NCBI GenBank assembly: GCA_964016885.1
Contig: OZ024742.1
Coordinates: forward strand, 349,308,001 to 349,372,000
Source of the DNA: Eledone cirrhosa
Taxonomy: Eukaryota
DNA: 64,000 bases
Reading direction: 5' to 3'
The first letter of the stretch is position 1, and each line of letters opens with the position of its first letter. Shown here one piece after another: positions 54,901 through 64,000 of this stretch. A model generated the notes under the pieces. It was given only the letters and a program-made list of their open reading frames with translations, did no database searches and had not been told where the DNA came from. The translations under genes and the position numbers were made by a program.

Positions 54901-57900
54901 TCTAAAATTCTATAACTCTGATATCATCGCAGTACCCTGTCTAAAACTCTATAACTCTGATATCATTGCAGTACCCTTTTTAAAATTCTATAACTCTGAT
55001 ATCATTGCAGTACCCTGTCTAAAATTCTATAACTCTGATATCATCGCAGAACCCTGTCTAAAACTCTCTAACTCTGATATCATCGCAGTACCCTGTCTAA
55101 AACTCTATAACTCTGATATCATTGCAGTACCCTTTTTTAAAATTCTATAACTCTGATATCATCGCAGTACCCTGTCTAAAACTATATAACTCTGATATCA
55201 TTGCGGTACCCTGTCTAAAACTCTATAACTCTGATATCATCGCAGTACCCTGTTTAAATCTCTATAACTCTGATATCATCGCAGTACCCTGTCTAGAACT
55301 CTATATCTCTGATATCATCGCAGTACCCTGTCTAAAACTCTATAACTCTGATATCATTGCAGTATCCTGTCTAAAACTCTCTAACCCTGATATCATCGCA
55401 GTACCCTGTCTAAAACTCTATAACTCTGATATCATCGCAGTACCCTGTCTAAAACTCTATAACTCTGATAACATCGCAAAACCCTGTCTAAATCTCTATA
55501 ACTCTGATATCATCGCAGTAGCCTGTCTAGAACTCTATAACTCTGATATCATCGCAGTACCCTGTCTAGAACTCTATAACTCTGATATCATCGCAGAACC
55601 CTGTCTAAACTCTCTAACTCTGATATCATTGCAGGAACCCTGTCTAAAATTCTATAAGTCTGATATCATCGCAGAACCCTGTCTAAAACTCTCTAACTCT
55701 GATATCATTGCAGAACCCTGTCTAAAATTCTATAACTCTGATATCATCGCAGTACCCTGTCTAAAACTATATAACTCTGATATCATTGCGGTACCCTGTC
55801 TAAAACTCTATAACTCTGATATCATCGCAGTACCCTGTTTAAATCTCTATAACTCTGATATCATCGCAGTAGCCTGTCTAGAACTCTATAACTCTGATAT
55901 CATCGCAGTACCCTGTCTAAAACTCTATAACTCCGATATCATCGCAGTACCCTGTCTAAAACTCTATAACTCTGATATCATCGCAGTACCTGTCTACAAC
56001 TCCATAACTCTGATATCATCGCAGTACCCTGTCTAAAACTCTATAACTCTGATATCATCGCAGTACCTGTCTAAAACTCTATAACTCTGATATCATTGCA
56101 GTACCCTGTCTAAAACTCTCTAACTCTGATATCATCGCAGTACCCTGTCTAAAACTCTATTATTCTGATATCATTGCAGTACCCTGTCTAAAACTCTATA
56201 ACTCTGATAACATCGCAAAAACCTGTCTAAATCTCTATAACTCTGATATCATCGCAGTACCCTGTCTAAAACTCTATAACTCTGATATCATCGCAGAACC
56301 CTGTCTAAAACTCTATAACTCTGATATCATTGCATTACCCTGTCTAAAACTCTATAACTCTGATATCATCGCAGTACCCTGTCTAAAACTCTATAACTCT
56401 GATATCATTGCAGTACCCTTTTTAAAATGCTATAACTCTGATATCATCGCAGTACCCTGTCTAAAACTCCATAACTCTGATATCATCGCAGTACCCTGTC
56501 TAAAACTCTATATCTCTGATATAATTGCAGTACCCTGTCTAAAACTCTATAACTCTGATATCATCGCAGTACCTGTCTAAAACTCTATAACTGATATCAT
56601 CGCAGTACCCTGTCTAAAACTCTATAACTCCGATATTATCGCAGAACCCTGTCTAAAACTCTATAACTCTGATATAATTGCAGTACCCTGTCTAAAATTC
56701 TATAACTCTGATATCATCGCAGTACCCTGTCTAGAACTCTATATCTCTGATATCATCGCAGTACCCTGTCTAAAACTCTATAACTCTGATATCATCGCAG
56801 TACCCTGTCTAAAACTCTATAACTCCGATATCATCGCAGAACCCTGTCTAAAACTCTATAACTCTGATATCATTGCATTACCCTGTCTAAAACTCTATAA
56901 CTCTGATATCATCGCAGTACCCTGTCTAAAACTCTATAACTCCGATATCATCGCAGAACCCTGTCTGAAACTCTATAACTCTGAAATCATTGCAGTACCC
57001 TGTCTAAATCTCTATAACTCTGATATCATCGCAGTAGCCTGTCTAGAACTCTATAACTCTGATATCATCGCAGTAGCCTGTCTAGAACTCTATAACTCTG
57101 ATATCATCGCAGAACCCTGTCTAAAACTCTCTAACTCTGATATCATTGCAGTACCCTGTCTAAAATTCTATAACTCTGATATCATCGCAGAACCCTGTCT
57201 AAAACTCTGTAACTCTGATATCATTGCAGAACCCTGTCTAAAATTATATAACTCTGATATCATTGCGGTACCCTGTCTATAACTCTATAACTCTGATATC
57301 ATCGCAGTACCCTGTTTAAATCTCTATAACTCTGATATCATCGCAGTACCCTGTCTAGAACACTATAACTCTGATATCATCGCAGTACCCTGTCTAAAAC
57401 TCTATAACTCTGATATCATCGCAGTACCGGTCTACAACTCTATAACTCTGATATTATTGCAGTACCCTGTCTAAAACTCTATAACTCTGATATCATCGCA
57501 GTACCCTGTCTAGAACTCTATAACTCTGATATCATCGCAGTACCCTGTCTAAAACTCTATAACTCCGATATCATCGCAGTACCCTGTCTAAAACTCTATA
57601 ACTCCGATATCATCACAGAACCCTGTCTAAAACTCTATAACTCTGATATTATTGCAGTACCCTGTCTAAAACTCTATAACTCTGATATCATCGCAGTACC
57701 CTGTCTAGAACTCTATAACTCTGATATCATCGCAGAACCCTGTCTAAAACTCTATAATTCTGATATCATCGCAGTACCCTGTTTAAATCTCTATAACACT
57801 GATATCATCGCAGTACCCTGTCTAGAACTCTATAACTCTGGTATAATCGCAGTACCCTGTCTAAAACTCTACAACTCTGATATCATCGCAGTACCTGTCT

Positions 57901-58359
57901 ACAACTCTATAACTCTGATATCATCGCAGTACCCTATCTAGAACTCTATAACACTGATATCATCGCAGTACCCTGTCTAAAACTCTATTACTGTGATATC
58001 ATCGCAGTACCCTGTCTAGAACTCTATAACTCTGATATCATTGCAGTACCTTGTCTAAAATTCTATAACTCTGATATCATCGCAGTACCCTGTCTAAAAC
58101 TCCATAACTCTGATATCATCGCAGTACCCTGTCTAAAACTCTATATCTCTGATATAATTGCAGTACCCTGTCTAAAACTCTATAACTCTGATATCATCGC
58201 AGTACCTGTCTAAAACTCTATAACTCTGATATCATCGCAGTACCCTGTCTAGAACTCTATATCTCTGATATCATCGCAGTACCCTGTCTAAAACACTATA
58301 ACTCTGATATCATCGCAGTACCCTGTCTAAAACTCTATAACTCCGATATCATCGCAGAA

Positions 58360-61300
58360 CCCTGTCTAAAACTCTATAACTCTGATATCATTGCAGTACC
58401 CTTTTTAAAATGCTATAACTCTGATATCATCGCAGTACCCTGTCTAAAACTCCATAACTCTGATATCATCGCAGTACCCTGTCTAAAACTCTATATCTCT
58501 GATATAATTGCAGTACCCTGTCTAAAACTCTATAACTCTGATATCATCGCAGTACCTGTCTAAAATTCTATAACTCTGATATCATCGCAGTACCCTGTCT
58601 AAAACTCTATAACTCCGATATCATCGCAGAACCCTGTCTAAAACTCTATAACTCTGATATCATCGCAGTACCCTGTCTAGAACTCTATATCTCTGATATC
58701 ATCGCAGTACCCTGTCTAAAACTCTATAACTCTGATATCATCGCAGTACCCTGTCTAAAACTCTATAACTCCGATATCATCGCAGAGCCCTGTCTAAAAC
58801 TCTATAACTCTGATATCATTGCATTAACCTGTCTAAAATTCTATAACTCTGATATCATCGCAGTACCCTGTCTAAAACTCTATAACTCCGATATCATCGC
58901 AGAACCCTGTCTAAAACTCTATAACTCTGATATCATTGCAGTACCCTGTCTAAAACTCTATAACTCTGATATCATCGCAGTACCCTGTCTAAAACTCTAT
59001 AACTCTGATATCATCGCAGTACCCTGTTTAAATCTCTATAACTCTGATATCATCGCAGTACCCTGTCTAGAACTCTATATCTCTGATATCATCGCAGTAC
59101 CCTGTCTAAAACTCTATAACTCTGATATCATTGCAGTATCCTGTCTAAAACTCTCTAACTCTGATATCATCGCAGTACCCTGTCTAAAACTCTATAACTC
59201 TGATATCATCGCAGTACCCTGTCTAAAACTCTATAACTCTGATAACATCGCAAAACCCTGTCTAAATCTCTATAACTCTGATATCATCGCAGTAGCCTGT
59301 CTAGAACTCTATAACTCTGATATCATCGCAGTACCCTGTCTAGAACTCTATAACTCTGATATCATCGCAGAACCCTGTCTAAACTCTCTAACTCTGATAT
59401 CATTGCAGGAACCCTGTCTAAAATTCTATAAGTCTGATATCATCGCAGAACCCTGTCTAAAACTCTCTAACTCTGATATCATTGCAGAACCCTGTCTAAA
59501 ATTCTATAACTCTGATATCATCGCAGTACCCTGTCTAAAACTATATAACTCTGATATCATTGCGGTACCCTGTCTAAAACTCTATAACTCTGATATCATC
59601 GCAGTACCCTGTTTAAATCTCTATAACTCTGATATCATCGCAGTAGCCTGTCTAGAACTCTATAACTCTGATATCATCGCAGTACCCTGTCTAAAACTCT
59701 ATAACTCCGATATCATCGCAGTACCCTGTCTAAAACTCTATAACTCTGATATCATCGCAGTACCTGTCTACAACTCCATAACTCTGATATCATCGCAGTA
59801 CCCTGTCTAAAACTCTATAACTCTGATATCATCGCAGTACCTGTCTAAAACTCTATAACTCTGATATCATTGCAGTACCCTGTCTAAAACTCTCTAACTC
59901 TGATATCATCGCAGTACCCTGTCTAAAACTCTATTATTCTGATATCATTGCAGTACCCTGTCTAAAACTCTATAACTCTGATAACATCGCAAAAACCTGT
60001 CTAAATCTCTATAACTCTGATATCATCGCAGTACCCTGTCTAAAACTCTATAACTCTGATATCATCGCAGAACCCTGTCTAAAACTCTATAACTCTGATA
60101 TCATTGCATTACCCTGTCTAAAACTCTATAACTCTGATATCATCGCAGTACCCTGTCTAAAACTCTATAACTCTGATATCATTGCAGTACCCTTTTTAAA
60201 ATGCTATAACTCTGATATCATCGCAGTACCCTGTCTAAAACTCCATAACTCTGATATCATCGCAGTACCCTGTCTAAAACTCTATATCTCTGATATAATT
60301 GCAGTACCCTGTCTAAAACTCTATAACTCTGATATCATCGCAGTACCTGTCTAAAATTCTATAACTCTGATATCATCGCAGTACCCTGTCTAAAACTCTA
60401 TAACTCCGATATCATCGCAGAACCCTGTCTAAAACTCTATAACTCTGATATCATCGCAGTACCCTGTCTAGAACTCTATATCTCTGATATCATCGCAGTA
60501 CCCTGTCTAAAACTCTATAACTCTGATATCATCGCAGTACCCTGTCTAAAACTCTATAACTCCGATATCATCGCAGAGCCCTGTCTAAAACTCTATAACT
60601 CTGATATCATTGCATTAACCTGTCTAAAATTCTATAACTCTGATATCATCGCAGTACCCTGTCTAAAACTCTATAACTCCGATATCATCGCAGAACCCTG
60701 TCTAAAACTCTATAACTCTGATATCATTGCAGTACCCTGTCTAAAACTCTATAACTCTGATATCATCGCAGTACCCTGTCTAAAACTCTATAACTCTGAT
60801 ATCATCGCAGTACCCTGTTTAAATCTCTATAACTCTGATATCATCGCAGTACCCTGTCTAGAACTCTATATCTCTGATATCATCGCAGTACCCTGTCTAA
60901 AACTCTATAACTCTGATATCATTGCAGTATCCTGTCTAAAACTCTCTAACTCTGATATCATCGCAGTACCCTGTCTAAAACTCTATAACTCTGATATCAT
61001 CGCAGTACCCTGTCTAAAACTCTATAACTCTGATAACATCGCAAAACCCTGTCTAAATCTCTATAACTCTGATATCATCGCAGTAGCCTGTCTAGAACTC
61101 TATAACTCTGATATCATCGCAGTACCCTGTCTAGAACTCTATAACTCTGATATCATCGCAGAACCCTGTCTAAACTCTCTAACTCTGATATCATTGCAGG
61201 AACCCTGTCTAAAATTCTATAAGTCTGATATCATCGCAGAACCCTGTCTAAAACTCTCTAACTCTGATATCATTGCAGAACCCTGTCTAAAATTCTATAA

Positions 61301-64000
61301 CTCTGATATCATCGCAGTACCCTGTCTAAAACTATATAACTCTGATATCATTGCGGTACCCTGTCTAAAACTCTATAACTCTGATATCATCGCAGTACCC
61401 TGTTTAAATCTCTATAACTCTGATATCATCGCAGTAGCCTGTCTAGAACTCTATAACTCTGATATCATCGCAGTACCCTGTCTAAAACTCTATAACTCCG
61501 ATATCATCGCAGTACCCTGTCTAAAACTCTATAACTCTGATATCATCGCAGTACCTGTCTACAACTCCATAACTCTGATATCATCGCAGTACCCTGTCTA
61601 AAACTCTATAACTCTGATATCATCGCAGTACCTGTCTAAAACTCTATAACTCTGATATCATTGCAGTACCCTGTCTAAAACTCTCTAACTCTGATATCAT
61701 CGCAGTACCCTGTCTAAAACTCTATTATTCTGATATCATTGCAGTACCCTGTCTAAAACTCTATAACTCTGATAACATCGCAAAAACCTGTCTAAATCTC
61801 TATAACTCTGATATCATCGCAGTACCCTGTCTAAAACTCTATAACTCTGATATCATCGCAGAACCCTGTCTAAAACTCTATAACTCTGATATCATTGCAT
61901 TACCCTGTCTAAAACTCTATAACTCTGATATCATCGCAGTACCCTGTCTAAAACTCTATAACTCTGATATCATTGCAGAACCCTGTCTAAACTCTCTAAC
62001 TCTGATATCATTGCAGGAACCCTGTCTAAAATTCTATAAGTCTGATATCATCGCAGAACCCTGTCTAAAACTCTCTAACTCTGATATCATTGCAGAACCC
62101 TGTCTAAAATTCTATAACTCTGATATCATCGCAGTACCCTGTCTAAAACTATATAACTCTGATATCATTGCGGTACCCTGTCTAAAACTCTATAACTCTG
62201 ATATCATCGCAGTACCCTGTTTAAATCTCTATAACTCTGATATCATCGCAGTAGCCTGTCTAGAACTCTATAACTCTGATATCATCGCAGTACCCTGTCT
62301 AAAACTCTATAACTCCGATATCATCGCAGTACCCTGTCTAAAACTCTATAACTCTGATATCATCGCAGTACCTGTCTACAACTCTATAACTCTGATATCA
62401 TCGCAGTACCCTGTCTAGAACTCTATAACTCTGATATCATCGCAGAACCCTGTCTAAACTCTCTAACTCTGATATCATTGCAGGAACCCTGTCTAAAATT
62501 CTATAAGTCTGATATCATCGCAGAACCCTGTCTAAAACTCTCTAACTCTGATATCATTGCAGAACCCTGTCTAAAATTCTATAACTCTGATATCATCGCA
62601 GTACCCTGTCTAAAACTATATAACTCTGATATCATTGCGGTACCCTGTCTAAAACTCTATAACTCTGATATCATCGCAGTACCCTGTTTAAATCTCTATA
62701 ACTCTGATATCATCGCAGTAGCCTGTCTAGAACTCTATAACTCTGATATCATCGCAGTACCCTGTCTAAAACTCTATAACTCCGATATCATCGCAGTACC
62801 CTGTCTAAAACTCTATAACTCTGATATCATCGCAGTACCTGTCTACAACTCCATAACTCTGATATCATCGCAGTACCCTGTCTAAAACTCTATAACTCTG
62901 ATATCATCGCAGTACCTGTCTAAAACTCTATAACTCTGATATCATTGCAGTACCCTGTCTAAAACTCTCTAACTCTGATATCATCGCAGTACCCTGTCTA
63001 AAACTCTATTATTCTGATATCATTGCAGTACCCTGTCTAAAACTCTATAACTCTGATAACATCGCAAAAACCTGTCTAAATCTCTATAACTCTGATATCA
63101 TCGCAGTACCCTGTCTAAAACTCTATAACTCTGATATCATCGCAGAACCCTGTCTAAAACTCTATAACTCTGATATCATTGCATTACCCTGTCTAAAACT
63201 CTATAACTCTGATATCATCGCAGTACCCTGTCTAAAACTCTATAACTCTGATATCATTGCAGTACCCTTTTTAAAATGCTATAACTCTGATATCATCGCA
63301 GTACCCTGTCTAAAACTCCATAACTCTGATATCATCGCAGTACCCTGTCTAAAACTCTATATCTCTGATATAATTGCAGTACCCTGTCTAAAACTCTATA
63401 ACTCTGATATCATCGCAGTACCTGTCTAAAATTCTATAACTCTGATATCATCGCAGTACCCTGTCTAAAACTCTATAACTCCGATATCATCGCAGAACCC
63501 TGTCTAAAACTCTATAACTCTGATATCATCGCAGTACCCTGTCTAGAACTCTATATCTCTGATATCATCGCAGTACCCTGTCTAAAACTCTATAACTCTG
63601 ATATCATCGCAGTACCCTGTCTAAAACTCTATAACTCCGATATCATCGCAGAGCCCTGTCTAAAACTCTATAACTCTGATATCATTGCATTAACCTGTCT
63701 AAAATTCTATAACTCTGATATCATCGCAGTACCCTGTCTAAAACTCTATAACTCCGATATCATCGCAGAACCCTGTCTAAAACTCTATAACTCTGATATC
63801 ATTGCAGTACCCTGTCTAAAACTCTATAACTCTGATATCATCGCAGTACCCTGTCTAAAACTCTATAACTCTGATATCATCGCAGTACCCTGTTTAAATC
63901 TCTATAACTCTGATATCATCGCAGTACCCTGTCTAGAACTCTATATCTCTGATATCATCGCAGTACCCTGTCTAAAACTCTATAACTCTGATATCATTGC
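58360..64000 (+). repeat. 1791-bp (46-monomer) higher-order unit in about three copies, with extra partial 817-bp and 467-bp duplications at about 61.2-62.9 kb
   Basis: CGCAGAGCCC at 58781, 60572 (+1791) and 63647 (+3075 = 1791+817+467). Identical pseudo-ORFs at 59403, 61194, 62011 and 62478 are spaced 1791, 817 and 467. Confidence 0.9.

Larger units (their letters stand above)
36186..58474 (+). repeat. Near-perfect tandem duplication of an 11.2-kb block (36186-47397 and 47398-58474); the second copy lacks 4 monomers (156 bp) near 52760
   Basis: Offset 11,212: TGCATTACC 36241/47453, GTCTACAACTCTATATCTGT 36641/47853, TAGCTCTG 40781/51993, ORFs 41261/52473. Offset 11,056: identical 304-codon ORFs 44066/55122, the 37-bp monomer ATAACTGATA 45531/56587, CCGGTCTAC 46371/57427. 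Confidence 0.93.
1..64000 (+). repeat. 39-bp tandem satellite array, consensus CTATAACTCTGATATCATCGCAGTACCCTGTCTAAAACT, about 1,640-1,650 monomers, one orientation, extends beyond both window edges
   Basis: Every line of the window parses as this monomer with 0-3 substitutions or occasional 1-2 bp indels (e.g. 38-bp ...GTACCTG... monomers). No unique sequence was seen. The consensus carries GATATC (EcoRV) and GTAC (RsaI). Common variants create TCTAGA (XbaI), GGTACC (KpnI) and TTTAAA (DraI). Confidence 0.99.

Noticed and set aside
10753-62885. The ten ORFs of the ORF track as protein-coding genes
   Set aside because: All are translations of the satellite's open frame. Starts are TTG or GTG created by point variants or indels, and the + strand consensus has no ATG. 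Ends are set by 1-bp frameshifts. There is no unique flanking sequence, and identical ORFs simply track the DNA duplications.
1-64000. CRISPR array
   Set aside because: Repeat length is in range, but monomers abut directly with no unique spacers, no leader and no cas genes.
1-64000. Canonical telomerase-type telomeric repeat
   Set aside because: The strand skew and CCCT/TAAAA words are only suggestive. There are no CCCTAA-type tracts, and long-range inheritance of variant order indicates recombinational copying rather than templated de novo addition.
1-64000. One fixed regular HOR across the window
   Set aside because: Offsets between diagnostic variants differ by region (233 to 11,212 bp), so no single period fits.
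1-64000. TATAA / TATAAC motifs as promoters
   Set aside because: They are part of every monomer, with no downstream gene or other supporting context.
1-64000. Diversity-generating, antigenic-variation or phase-variation cassette system
   Set aside because: There is no recombinase, reverse transcriptase or expression locus in the window. The variation pattern is explained by point mutation plus tandem duplication.

Overview
The whole 64 kb window is one uninterrupted, head-to-tail, single-orientation tandem array (satellite DNA) of a 39-bp monomer, consensus CTATAACTCTGATATCATCGCAGTACCCTGTCTAAAACT (15/39 GC; 11 C vs 4 G on the + strand), about 1,640-1,650 copies. The array runs off both window edges. 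I see no real genes, RNA genes, transposon insertions, inversions or CRISPR spacers. The ORF track is a by-product of the 39-bp (13-codon) period having one stop-free frame (LYNSDIIAVPCLK). The information is in the ordering of variant monomers. Diagnostic point variants, read by eye, reveal nested tandem duplications with offsets of 233, 467, 817, 1128, 1791, 1946, 2257, 2570, 2805, 3660, 5133 and 11,212/11,056 bp. They also show an old cassette of about 12 variant monomers that recurs throughout, and a left-to-right turnover of variant types that looks like an age gradient. I do not recognise the satellite family and cannot assign the organism or chromosomal location. I found no support for a novel gene system. 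The plausible novelty is an uncharacterised satellite with a readable amplification history.
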